This document shows positions 13,019 through 25,091 of a stretch of 64,000 nucleotides of DNA, in pieces; position 1 is the first letter of the stretch, and every line of letters starts with the position of its first letter. The stretch is from Octopus vulgaris (Eukaryota): positions 29,884,001 through 29,948,000 of the forward strand of contig OX597836.1 in the NCBI GenBank assembly GCA_951406725.2. Direction: 5' to 3'. The translations under genes and the position numbers were made by a program. Below the pieces are notes generated by a model. The model saw nothing but the letters and a program-made list of their open reading frames with translations. It was not told the origin of the DNA and ran no database searches.

Positions 13019-13609
13019 CTAAGGAAAGTAGAGTTAGAGAAGAAACGTGAATGGAATATAGTGGAGTAAACTGAAGAAAAGCAGAGAAATTAAAGAATAT
13101 GACACACACACACAAATGCACAGAGGCAAAGTATGATATTTAAGAAAGAAAATATCCTATATGTTGTTAGGAAAAGAATTTCCTGATATTTTGGACCAAA
13201 CCATTCATTGGAGATTGAAGAAAGATTTTCGTGTCCTTTGGACATCAAAGTTTGGTATTAGTGAAGAATTCTGAGAATGTGTAGAAGAGGGGTTGGAGAG
13301 AGATAAAGGAAGTGGAATTAGAGAAGAATGAGGTTAGGAGTGGAAAGAATAAGGATAAGAAGAGAGGATAAGAATTATTGGCCAGAAATGATGTTTGGAG
13401 TGACAGATACAATATAATTGAAGGAAGGAATGCAAGATACAGAGATATTAACAGAGAGAATGGTAAAGATGAAGAATGGGAAAGAAAAGAGACAAAAAAA
13501 AAAGGAAGAGTAAAAGAGAGAAATATTGATCATTTTAGGCAGAGAGCAATAAAAGAAGGATGGAGTTCAAGTTGAAGGGGTGAAGTGCGAGGTGAGAGAA
13601 GAATAGACA

Positions 13610-13620
13610 AAGAGAGAGAG

Positions 13621-13676
<56 letters not shown>
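13610..13676. repeat. (GA)n microsatellite; another at 56243..56300
   Basis: Directly visible. Confidence 0.97.
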
Positions 13677-13679
<3 letters not shown>

Positions 13680-13815
13680 AAAGTTCCAAAAGGATGAGGG
13701 ACAAAGTCGAATTCAGAATTTGAACTCAAAGTGCTGATAAGCATTCTGACTTGCTAACAATTCTACCAGCTTGCTGCCTTAATAATAATAATAATAATAA
13801 TACAGATGTACTTAC

Positions 13816-14043
13816 TTTTCGTTTGTAGTTTGGGGGTGAAGGGTATGTCGCTATGGCTGGAATTCTATCAATAGTTGCTATGCTGGGGTCTGAAGAGGAG
13901 CGCATGAGTGGAGCTGTTTTAATAGGTAACGTATCAATGTCATCAACGGGACGATTTAGCGCTTGTTCTGTCTCAGGAGAGGCCACCATGCTAAGTCGGG
14001 TTGACATTGGAAATAAGAAATCATCATGCTTAGAATCTGTCAG
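13816..14043 (-). CDS. TJP1: ZO-1-like exon, U6 region (LTDSKHDDFLFPMSTRLSMVASPE...RSSSDPS...PPNYKRK)
   Basis: ttttcag|CTG acceptor, AAA|gtaagt donor, 228 nt, phase 0 to 0. Confidence 0.92.
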
Positions 14044-14607
14044 CTGAAAACACGATAAGAGATGGAAATTAATATTTTTATTAATTTTTTTCATTGATTA
14101 GTTAATCAATTTGTATTTTTGTATATTAATTAATTTATTATCTATTTGTATTTTTAACTATATATCTACTATTCGGGTTCTCAATAAGGTTTCCATTTTT
14201 TTCTACACGTAAAAAGCAACATCTGAATGTGGCCGATGCCAGCTGGTGTCCATGACTGGTGTCCATGCTGGTGACATGTATAAAGCACCAACCAATCATG
14301 GCCATTGCCAGCCTCCTCTGGCCTGTGCCAGATAAAAGCACCCACTACACTCACGGAGTGGTTGGTGTTCGGAAGGGCATCCAGCTGTAGAAACACTGCC
14401 AGGTCAGACTGGTGCCTGGTGCAGCCTCCTGGCTTCCCAGACCTCGGTTGAACCGTCCAACTCATGCTAGCATGGAAAACGGATGTTAAACGATGATGAT
14501 GATGATGAGAGCAGTGGAAGAGATGAATTGTAAAGCATTAGTTAGACAAAAGAGACGTTAAATGCTGACGATATCAAGAAGAGGAAAAGATTAGAATAAT
14601 AACACAC

Positions 14608-14705
14608 CGGTTTTTCTGATATCCATATTTGTTGCTTTTGCTGGAAGTCAATCATTTCTTTCAATTTACGATACCAACTATCACTGCTGTTATGGATAAT
14701 TGTAC
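14608..14705 (-). CDS. TJP1: ZO-1-like exon, GuK end (GTIIHNSSDSWYRKLKEMIDFQQKQQIWISEKP)
   Basis: ttccaacag|GT acceptor, CCG|gtgtgt donor, 98 nt; matches ZO-1 WYGALKEAIQQQQNQLVWVSE. Confidence 0.94.
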
Positions 14706-15042
14706 CTGTTGGAATACAATTAATAGTTACTTAGCAAAATTAAAGGGGTAACTCAACGAAATAGATAGGATTACAAGCGTCAGCATCACGATCATATAAG
14801 TGAATGAGGGAGCAACTTCTCTACATAGTTGCTTGTTCTGTTAGAAATAGCAGCCAAACCTTGCCATCTTTAAAGAAAAAAACAACCTATTAGATAATAT
14901 GGAATAGGTGCACACTTAGATAATATGGACCAGGCGCAATACTTCTCCGGCAAAAAAGCCAACATAGTATATAGTGTAAATGATTTACCATAATATAAAG
15001 AACGAGAGTCACTTAATTTGCTTGTAATAGCAACCAAATCTT

Positions 15043-15276
15043 ATTTCTTTATTGCCCACAAGGGGCTACACACAGAGAGGACAAACAAGGACAGACAAAC
15101 GGATTAAGTTGATTATATCGACCCCAGTGCGTAACTGGTACTTATTTAATCGACCCTGAAAAGATGAAAGGCAAAGTTGACCTCGGCGGAATTTGAACTC
15201 AGAATGTAGTGGCAGACGAAATACCGCTAAGCATTTCATCCAGCGTGCTAACGTTTCTGCCAGCTTGCCACCTTAT
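15043..15276 (-). mobile_element. SINE family B with a 12-bp TSD (caaccaaatctt)
   Basis: Reverse copy. Others at about 18820..19217 (two in tandem), 27940..28166, 40734..40962 and 41690..41918; TSDs are visible at the last three. Confidence 0.88.
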
Positions 15277-15540
15277 CAACCAAATCTTGCTCACATCACA
15301 CCACACCACCTGTGCCTATGTAGAAGTTCTTTGGAGAATTGTTGTCGTTCTTGGGTGCTAAAGTAAACCCATTACCCATTTTAATAGCACCATCAAATGA
15401 CTCACAGGAGCATTTAAAATAGTCCACTGGTCTGAAATAATTTATTTCTTTTCTCCAACAAATCTCAGAGGACCAGCCACCCTTGCCACTGAACAAAAGA
15501 TCTCCTAAAATCCTTGCAACAGTGATAATACATTAATTAC

Positions 15541-15751
15541 CTGTAAATAAATAACTGTAGAACTTCTCTAATTTCATCGATTCTTCGTAGAGCTTTTTCA
15601 AGTTCTTGCTTGAGTTTTTGGCCCACCGTGAACGAACATCTTTCATAGCAGCCTTCGTTTCTGATGCCACAAAAATTACCAAAGGGTAATATTGTGCAAA
15701 GTTGAGCTTTTCAACTGAATCAGGAGTAATGTCCAACAGACAGTGTTTATT
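15541..15751 (-). CDS. TJP1: ZO-1-like exon, GuK (NKHCLLDITPDSVEKLNFAQYYPLVIF...FYSYLFT)
   Basis: cctacag|AAT acceptor, ACAG|gtaatt donor, 211 nt; ORF 15533..15772. Confidence 0.96.
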
Positions 15752-16115
15752 CTGTAGGCGGAGAAAAAACAAAATTCAATATAAGACAATAAAATCATAA
15801 ACACACAGACATACAGTAGTCACACACGTAAATTCACAGACATATGTTCACATACATGCTCATTCCCACAGACACATTCCCTCCTGTAGCTCTGCACTTT
15901 AAAATCCCTTTAGTGAAATGCAGATAAGGGTCAGGGACAGGAAGAGCATCCAACTATAAAATACTGCCTCAAATAAGCTTCTGTCCAACCTATGCCAGCA
16001 TAGAAAACAGGCATTAAGCAAGCAAATGAATACATAAATATGTCTTTAAAAACATACATGCTTTGTTTTAAAGTAGAGTGAAGTTCATAAGATAGAGTGA
16101 ACACATTCTCGGATG

Positions 16116-16186
<71 letters not shown>

Positions 16187-16273
16187 GGGACATAATGACA
16201 TTTAGTCTTGAACTTTTTCCAGATGGTCTGGGTGTTAATAAATTAAATGTTTTCAAGAAATAAAATTCCTTAC

Positions 16274-16356
16274 CTGAGTCATAACACCATTAATAGCACT
16301 AAGTTTCACAACACCTGTTCGGTTTTTCCTACCGTCATCTTCATGACCACTTTTCT
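16274..16356 (-). CDS. TJP1: ZO-1-like exon, GuK (QKSGHEDDGRKNRTGVVKLSAINGVMTQ)
   Basis: ttaacag|AG acceptor, CAG|gtaagg donor, 83 nt; aligns with ZO-1 SGIIRLHTIKQIIDQ. Confidence 0.92.
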
Positions 16357-17591
16357 CTGTTAACGAAAATAGGGAGCATATTGTCATCAGAGGGAACAAA
16401 ATAATCTATGGACACAAAAGTGCATGCGAACACATGCACAAACACACACAATGATGATCGATCCTGCATTAGTTTTGATAATGTTGGTGGCTGAATATTC
16501 CACAGACATGTATACCATTAATGATTCTCAGACTGAATCAGTATAACAATACTGTATTGGTAAAATCCAACCAATGAGCATCCATACAAGAAGTGGATTT
16601 GACAGGTGGAAACTAAAAGAAATCCAGCTTGTTTACCAACCACATGGTTCCGGGTTCAGTCCCACTGCGTGGCACCTTGGGCAAGTGTCTTCTACTATAG
16701 CCTCGGGACGACCAAGCCTTGTGAGTGGATTTGGTAGACGGAAACTGAAAGAAGCCCGTCATATATATGTACATATATGTATGTGCGTGTATGTTTGTGT
16801 GTCTGTGTTTGTCCCCTTAGCATTGCTTGACAACCGATGCTGGTGTGTTTATGTCCCTGTTACTTAGTGGTTCGGCAAAAGAGACCGATAGAATAAGTAC
16901 TGGGCTTACAAAGAATAAGTCCCGGGTTTGATTTGCTCGACTAAAGGTGGTGCTCCAGCATGGCTGCAGTCAAATGACTGAAACAAGTAAAAGAGTATGT
17001 CTATTTTTGTCCCCATCACATTACTTGACAACCATTGTTGGTTCGGTTATGTCCCAATAACTCAGCAGTTTGGCAAAAGAGCCTGATAGCATAGACTTAA
17101 AAGATTAGTACTGGGAGTGGGGGTGATCTGTTCAACTCAACACTTCAAGGTGGTGCTCCAGCATGGCCGAATGTCTGAAGCAAGTAAAAAGAAAAAAAAA
17201 AGATTTAAGAAGTAAAAGCTTTTATCTTTGTGGGTGACCCTTTCAGAAATATTTTGTAACCAAGAATGCTAATTGCTTCCCTATATAGTTGTTTCACTGA
17301 AAAGCTTAACCCTTTTAATACCAACCTAAGACCACCTCTGTGCTATGATCGAAAAATTTTATTCTAAAGTGTTGAAATTTAAATTAAATCAGTCTAAGGC
17401 AATAACATTTTGTTATTACCCAGACACTAAACGAATAATTAAAAAATAAAGTTATTTGTTTTGCTAAATTTCTCTAAATTATTTATAATTTCTAGAATTA
17501 ATTGGAATATAGGCAGTGTATTTTATTAGCAATCTGATCAAGAAAGGGTTAAAGATTATACAAAAAGCCAAGTAATTTCAGGCAAACATAC

Positions 17592-17687
17592 GAGGGGAAT
17601 CAAACTTCTCGGGTAAGTCTTGAAGAAGACGGTCTTTGGCAATATCAGCAACTGCACCAAAAATAACCACTGGACGTACATAACCCA
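17592..17687 (-). CDS. TJP1: ZO-1-like exon, GuK ([32 protein letters not shown])
   Basis: ttttgcag|TG acceptor, CCTC|gtatgt donor, 96 nt. Confidence 0.95.
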
Positions 17688-20600
17688 CTGCAAAATAGAA
17701 AGAGAAATTTGCTGGTGAGTATTTATTTAAACTGGTACAGAGAAATTAATGTTTGTGAGATGATAGTGTGAGAAACAGAAATGTAAATATACTTTCATTT
17801 TCTAAGCACACCGCAAAAAAGAAAAAGCCATTACAAAATAGTAAATAAGATTTCATTTAAAATAAATGAAATAAATGAAAAATAGCTAAAGTGAAAAAAA
17901 TAAAATAATTTTACATAATTTTTTGTAAATTTAAATTAAAGTTTGAGATTCCAAGTGTAAAAGTTCAAGAGAGAGAAAAAAAAAATAATATAATTCAGTA
18001 AAATTCTGAATTGTTAAAATGTCTGAAAGAAAAAAAAAAATGGAAATTTAAAATAAATAAAAAAACAAAGAGCTAAAACAGAATGAGGAGAAAGTTGACG
18101 ATCAACAAAGGAAACAAATGAGATTCTTTAATTATTTTGTTTAATGAATTTATAATTAATATTATAAATTCGCTAAACACCAAACAAAAGAAATCATGAA
18201 ATTAAGTGAAATATTGAGGTTGAGTGTCATGGGACAAAAAGAGCGAAACTCCTATCGAAAAACATAACGAAAACATCATGGATTCATTTCTCAAGTGCAG
18301 CAGTTTCACCTTTTGTTTATGATAGGGAAAAGATATGAGCATAATTGAGCGAGGATACTTGACAAGAGATATAAGGAGTTTCATGTGATGAGACAAGGGA
18401 ACTTGACATGGTAATAAAGGAATTTCAGGAAATAATAAAGGAATTTTACGAGACATGGTGAACTGCAGGCGCCAAAGTGGGTGTTTTATGGATTAAAGAG
18501 GGATCCTTTGTTTGGTTCCCAGAACTGAGAGAAATAGTTCTTTAAGAATTTTAGTTGAATATATTGACCCCAGTAATTTTTTTTTTCAAGCCTCATACTT
18601 AGGGGACATAAACACACCAACACCAATAGTCAACTGGTGGTGGAGAAACAAATGCAGACACAAAGACACACACATACACAATGGGCTTCTCTTAGTTTCT
18701 GTCTACCAAATCCATTCACAATGCTTTGGTTGGCTTGAGGCCATGGAAGAAGACACTTGCTCTAGGTGCCACACAGTGGAATTGAACATGGAACCACGAG
18801 GTTGGGAAGCAAGCTTCTTATTTCTTTATTGACCACAAGGGGCTAAACATAGAGGGGACAAACAAGGGGGTTAAGTCGATTACATCAACCCCAGTGCATA
18901 ACTGGTACTTATTTAATCGACCCCGAAAGGAAAAGTCGACTTCGGCGGAGTGTGAACTCAGAACATAACGGCAGACGAAATACCTATTTCTTTACTACCC
19001 ACAAGGGGCTAAACACAGAGAGGACAAACAAGGACACACAAACGGATTAAGTCGATTACATCGACCCCCAGGGCGTAACTGTTACTTAATTTATCGACCT
19101 CGAAAGGATGAAAGGCAAAGTCGACCTAGGCGGAATTTGAACTCAGAATGTAACGGCTGACAAAATACCGCTAAGCATTTCGCCCGGCATGCTATCGGTT
19201 CTGCCAGCTCGCCACCTTGTAAGCTTCTTACCACACAGCTTCACCTGCATCAAATTTTCTTCTTATCACACACTACTACTGTCACTTCTTATGTGCCAAT
19301 AGTCTGTTAATGACTGCTGAAGACCGACCTGCTGGCTGCAGATTATTATAGTGTATTTAAATATGTTGAATGACGGTAGAGGGGCATTGAATAGTAATAA
19401 TGAAAGAAAAGGAGTGATGGCTAAAAAAAAAAAAGTTTCAGAACCACTATATCATCACTCAATCTACTTGAAGTGGCAGCCAAGTCTACCTCAAATCACA
19501 TCAAAATGAAGCAGCTTTAATTTGCTTGCATAACTTGTCAGAATAGCAGCCAAATCTTGCCAAATATAAAGCTTCTTGATCACACAACTACTAAAAATAA
19601 GTCAAATCTCCCTCAAACCCTATACCCATTGTCTTAACCCTTTAATTGGATAATTAAATATCATGTTTATTTCAATAATGGCGTTAAATATCTGCCAAAA
19701 AATAAAATTGATATTTTCTGCAAGTCAATTATACTTGGCATATCTCAATAAAAAATAGTTTTAAGCATGACATTCCTCAACAAATGAGAGATTGGTATAT
19801 AGAACTGTTTTCTGCAGCAGAAGGGTTAAACAGGAAAGACCAGAACACAATGCAAAATACAGTTCTAGATACTCCTAAAATATGAAGATCAAAGCTGGAA
19901 TACCTTTGGACATAAATCTTCTCTAATGCGTTTAAAGACTGGTTTGGGTTAAAATACTTTGGAGATAATATAAGTTCTATATACAACTAAATCAAAGGTA
20001 AAAAAAAAAAAGCGAAAAAGAAGAGAAAATCTAATGATGATTACAGCTGTAGCACATTAGATCATACGTTGTTAGATCAATCTTAGTGCTGACCTGGGGC
20101 TAAACAGCAGCAGCAGCAACAACAACAAAAACAAAATCGATATTAAACACGCAATCATTGTCCTACCAATCTCTCTTCACGCTGACTAAATAGTATCCAT
20201 TATTATCGCCTGATTTGTGCTTCTCATAAAAACATACACCCTCACTCCACTCCCTGTCCCTTGAGACATTTTCTACAGAAATCTCATATTTTCCTTTAAT
20301 AAGATCATAAAAATGAGTAACAGAACCGATTACTTTCACTTTCATACGACAAGCTACCTAATTGTATCAAAAAAAAAAAAGAAAAAGATATTAAGATGCT
20401 ATCTAATTTGTACAAGTTATGATAAAGGTATTTAAGATCTAGATATCAAATAAGTCGCTAATCTAATAACAGAAAATAATGAATAGCTATCGCATTTTCT
20501 TTTTTTAAAAAATCATATTGAGATAAAATAGTAGAAAAAGCCTTTTTTTAAAATCTAATAAATATAAATTTTCCTGTAATTCAATTTATTGTCATTATAT

Positions 20601-20928
20601 TTTGACAAAGCTGGAAAAGGTTGTGTGGATAGCCATAGTAAGTTTTCCAAGACTGGTGAAATTGATGTAGTTATCGGTCCTACTGAACAGGTGCAAGTTG
20701 ACAGCTGCAGAGAAAGAGACGAGAATTCCAGAGAATTGATATTCTGGAGAACAACAGCAGAGAGCATCAGAGCTAAGTGCAGACCTTCAGGATGGATAAA
20801 GTGTGGTTGACATATAGGTGATACTAGGGAGCGAAATGATATTAACTGGGAATGTTTGAGGAGAGATGGTTGAAAATAACAGGTAAATTTAAATAAAAGA
20901 TGTGAAGAAATATGAAACTGGAACTGAC

Positions 20929-20979
20929 CATCAGTCAAAATCACACGTTCATAAGCAGGAAACTTGGTGCTGTGATTAA
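20929..20979 (-). CDS. TJP1: ZO-1-like exon, U5/GuK start (xNHSTKFPAYERVILTD)
   Basis: ctacttgcag|TT acceptor, GATG|gtcagt donor, 51 nt; KFPAYERV is a ZO-family signature. Confidence 0.95.
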
Positions 20980-21812
20980 CTGCAAGTAGAAAAAGGTTCA
21001 AGTAAAAAATTAAAAAGGTTTTTCAAAAAGATCTCATGTTTGAATATTAGTTTTTTTTTTTTCAGGGATATAAAAGGCAAATATGAAAAATATGAAATGA
21101 ATATAAAAAACAAAAACCAAAACAAATAGATATATTAGATCCTATTTTATATGAGTTGCATGTATGTATGTATAATAATAATAATCACCATTCGAGTGTG
21201 ATCGTTGCCAACGTCGCTTCACTGGCACGTGTAAAAAGATTCGAGCAAGGTCATTTTGCCAGTACCGCCTGACTGGCGCCCATGCCAGTGGCACGTAAAA
21301 AGCACCCACTACACTCTCGGATAGGTTGGCATTAGGAAGGGCATCTAGCTGTAGAAACTCTGCCAGATCAAGATTGGAGCCTGGTGCAGCCATCTGGTTC
21401 ACCAGCCCTCAGTCAAAATTGTCCAACCCATGCTAGCATGGAAAGCAGACGTTAAATGATGAATAATAATAATAATAATAATAACAACAACAACAATAAT
21501 AATTGAGAGAGATTCTTTGGGGTTTTAATAATTCACCTCTGGAAACATGGGTGTTTCGTTAAACATCCTTAAACAACCCTTATTCAGGGACCTTTTGAGC
21601 AGGATGGGTTACTCGACCAGAAGAAAATTCTAACTGGGCCCCACCTGCATAGTCATGTGCTGTTTATCTTGATATAAGACCACCATGTTGTGCACATATG
21701 GTTGTGATACATGTACCCAGTGTACCCTTATCAGACGGGTAGTCATGATGGGTATACTGGGCTTCGTATATTTGTACCCCAGTGTCACTTTCATGGCATG
21801 CACTGCTCTCTC

Positions 21813-21843
<31 letters not shown>

Positions 21844-21873
21844 TAATAATAAATAAATAAATAGATAAATAAA

Positions 21874-22204
21874 GGAACTGAAAATTATTCAAGAATGATC
21901 CCTGGTTTACCATCCATGCAGGAAGTGCAAAAGATTGTCTTAACTCGTACGTCACGCTACTGAGAAGAACATTGTCGCTGTGAATTTTCTTTCCCTTTTC
22001 CCCCTTTATTTTCTTTGTTTACTTTTTATTGTTTTTTCACTGTCTTTCTTCTCTTTTTTCTCTATCACATGACTGTAAATGAACAATCTGGTGTGTTTAT
22101 TTCAATGGCCTACCAATATATATACAGTGCGTTTCTCTGCCCTATGTGTTAGGAAGACACTCAGCAAGAAATGGAAACAGAAGTGAAAGAAGAGGACAAT
22201 GAAA

Positions 22205-22240
<36 letters not shown>
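21874..22240 (+). mobile_element. 3' end of an RLE-type (R4/Dong-like) non-LTR retrotransposon in an (AAT)n tract
   Basis: Translates as GTENYSRMIPGLPSMQEVQKIVLT..LRRTLSL* (with a frameshift), resembling the QK..LLGT..ILR C-terminus of RLE elements; ends in (AAT)n. Confidence 0.6.
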
Positions 22241-22692
22241 GTAATAACTCTTTCTACTATAGGCTCAATGCCCAAAGTTTTGTGGCAAGGGGTACTAGTC
22301 AGTTACATTGACCCCAATGCTCAAATGCTACTTATTTTATTGACCCTGAGAGGATGAAAGGCAAAGTGGCATTGGAACTCAGAAATGTAAAGCCAGAGAA
22401 AAGGCTGCTAAACATTTTATCCAGCTTGCTAATGGTTCTGCCAGCTCACTGCTTTTTTAATAATACAATCTGAAAAAAAAAACATCTGAAAACTTTAGAA
22501 ATACCCTACAATCTAGATGTATTGCAAAAGCTGACATTACTTGGAACTGCACACACATTGCGTAAAGTACTGTCTGTCTGAGGTCCTTGTTGTGACGTGA
22601 CAAACAGTACAAACCCCTGGAAGACACAATATCTTCAATCAACAACCTCATGATATTGTATACTGTGCGATGTCTATAATAATAATAATAAT

Positions 22693-23250
22693 AAATGCCC
22701 TGATGCAGTACCAGGCAGTGGCTCTCATGGCTTCTGATCTTAACTGATTGGAAGTGTTATCATGTACATTGTTTTGTCTTGGTATAAAAGATGGGCTACA
22801 GCAAATATTCTGCTCAATACCAGAGATTTGCTTGTCAGTTGCTTGACCTTAACCAGTTGAGCATGTCCCTTAGTGGCTGACGATATGTGCATCTCTGATC
22901 ACGAGCAGAAGTAGTGGGGGAGCATCATAGCCATGTGTTGAGAGGGATTCTTTGGGATTTGAATAATTCACCTCTGGAAACATGGGTGGTTCTTTCAACA
23001 TCCTTAAACAACCCTTATTCAGGGACCTTTTGAGCGGGATGGGCTACTCAACCTGAAGAAAATTCTAACTGGGCCCCACCTGCAAGGTCATGTGCTGTTT
23101 ATCTTGATATGAGATCACCATGTCGCGCACATATGGTTGTGATGCATGTGCCTGGTGTACCCTTATCAGATGGGTAGTCATGATGGGTATATTGGGCTTC
23201 GTGTATTTTACCCCAGTGTCACTTTGATGGCATGCACTGCTCTCTCACTC
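22693..23250. repeat. About 560-bp interspersed repeat embedded in (AAT)n; partial near-identical copy at 21503..21812
   Basis: Direct sequence identity between the two copies; (AAT)n on both sides. Confidence 0.85.
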
Positions 23251-23645
23251 AATAATAATAATAATAATAATAACAATTGCTATTGTTGTTTCTATCATAC
23301 ACAAAAGGCCTGAAATTTGGGGGTTGGGGAGTCAAACCCAGTACTTGACTAGTACTTTATTTTATTGGGCCCAAAATGATGAATGGTAAAGCTAAACTTG
23401 ATGGGATTTCAAATAATAATGTAAAGACCCAGATGAAATACCACAAAGCATTTTTTCTGCCAGTCCAATGATACTGCAAATCTACTGCCATGATGATGAT
23501 GATGATTTCTTTTATTTACCATTGGGGATATTACAAAGGCAGGTTACATATAGTGTGTGTGTGTAGATGGGGAGGACTGGCTGTGGTTTTTACAAAATCA
23601 GATGCAGAAGGGAAAAAACTGAAGGAATCAGATAAAAAGTATACA

Positions 23646-23850
23646 TAAAGGGGTGCTGAAAAGTTCTTGGCTTTAAGGATGTCGCAAAAGGCCTAGTTGG
23701 AGGCCCAATCTTCTTTTACTGGGCTTAGGCAAAAAATGAAGTACTGCTACAATAAGTGTGTGAATCTAAGAGGGCAATATGCTGAATAAAATCATAGTTA
23801 ACTGATTTTTCTTTTACCCAAAGCCAGCAACTTTTCAGAACCCCCTCGTA
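23646..23850 (+). mobile_element. Mariner-derived MITE
   Basis: TIRs aggggtgctgaaaagttcttggcttt / aaagccagcaacttttcagaaccccct; TA ends; internal KCVNLRGQYAE* mariner C-terminus remnant. Confidence 0.75.
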
Positions 23851-24355
23851 TAGTATACAATATACATGGATGATCCAGTTCTCCTGATCACACACAGGTG
23901 GATTCTCCAACCAGGCCAATAAAAGAACCTTACAAAGTGAAGATCATCCACAACACCAAAAGCAAGTGACCTCTCTAAACTGTTGCTCTCTGACCTAGAA
24001 GCACATGCTTGGAGTAATTCCACCTACTCTGACCATTTCCACCACAGTCTTTTGACAAATTTATTGGAAGAAAGTTGCATCATTTCCAGCTTCACCTTCT
24101 GTTTGAAGTGGAACTTTAAAAAAGTTGGTGAGGACATGATTGAAAACACAGATGGTTTAAAATTTTGGTATAAGGCCAGCAATTTTTAGGGGAGGTGGTT
24201 AAGTCGATTACATTGATCCCCAATACTTGACTGGCACTTATTTTATTGATCATAAAAGGTTGACTGACAAAGACGACCTTGGTGGAATTTGAACTCAGAA
24301 TGTAAAGAACTAGAAGAAATGCAGCTAGCATTCTGCCAGCTCATGAGCTTGTGGC

Positions 24356-24392
<37 letters not shown>

Positions 24393-25070
24393 TAAAAAAA
24401 ATAAAAATAAAAGCTTCTGATTTAAGCACAAAGCCAGCAATTGTGGACCCTAGAACTTAACTCGTAACTTTTATTGACCCTGGAAAAATGAAAACTAAGG
24501 TCGACCCTGGTTGGATTTGAACTCAGAATGCAAAGAATTGGAAGAAATATCACAAGGCATTTTCCCAATGCTCCAGTGACTCGGTTAATCCACTGCAATG
24601 ATGATGATGATGATGATGACAATGATGATGATGTTAATAATAACATGCTACAGCTGCCCTTCCCTTCAGGCTAGTTTTGAAATCACAATAGATGGTTCCA
24701 TTTGCTTATCAATATAGATCTTTTATGAATGGAGAGTACTGACTACTGAGATATGATAAAGTGGTTGTTAATAATAGTAATTTCAATAATTAGAAAGAAT
24801 ATGAAGAGTTTATTATCTGCAGAAAAGATTTGATTTTGGGAAATCAAAAACAAAAATATAAAAAAAATAACAAACAAAATGAAGTAATGTTTTCAGGTTT
24901 GCATATATAATTAATTTTTACATATATAATTAATTCTTGCATATATAATTAATTTTTAGTAAAAGAATGCAGTTTCAGAAGCCTTTGAAAATAATACATA
25001 CAAAATAAGTGTCAAAACAAAAATAAACCTTTACAAAAGAATGAGAGATGCTTCAAGAAAATTACTATAC

Positions 25071-25091
25071 GTTCGTCAGAGTTAATGGTGC
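25071..25091 (-). CDS. TJP1: Candidate 21-nt microexon in U5 loop (xTINSDE)
   Basis: aattgccaacttgattaaacag|GCACCATTAACTCTGACGAAC|gtatag; phase 1 to 1, upstream UGC and tttaac branch-like motif. Confidence 0.35.

Noticed and set aside
18202-18470. Unique 84-aa ORF with upstream ctgcag acceptor
   Set aside because: In the required phase 1 it stops after VHHVS; the long frame is out of phase and has no recognisable homology.
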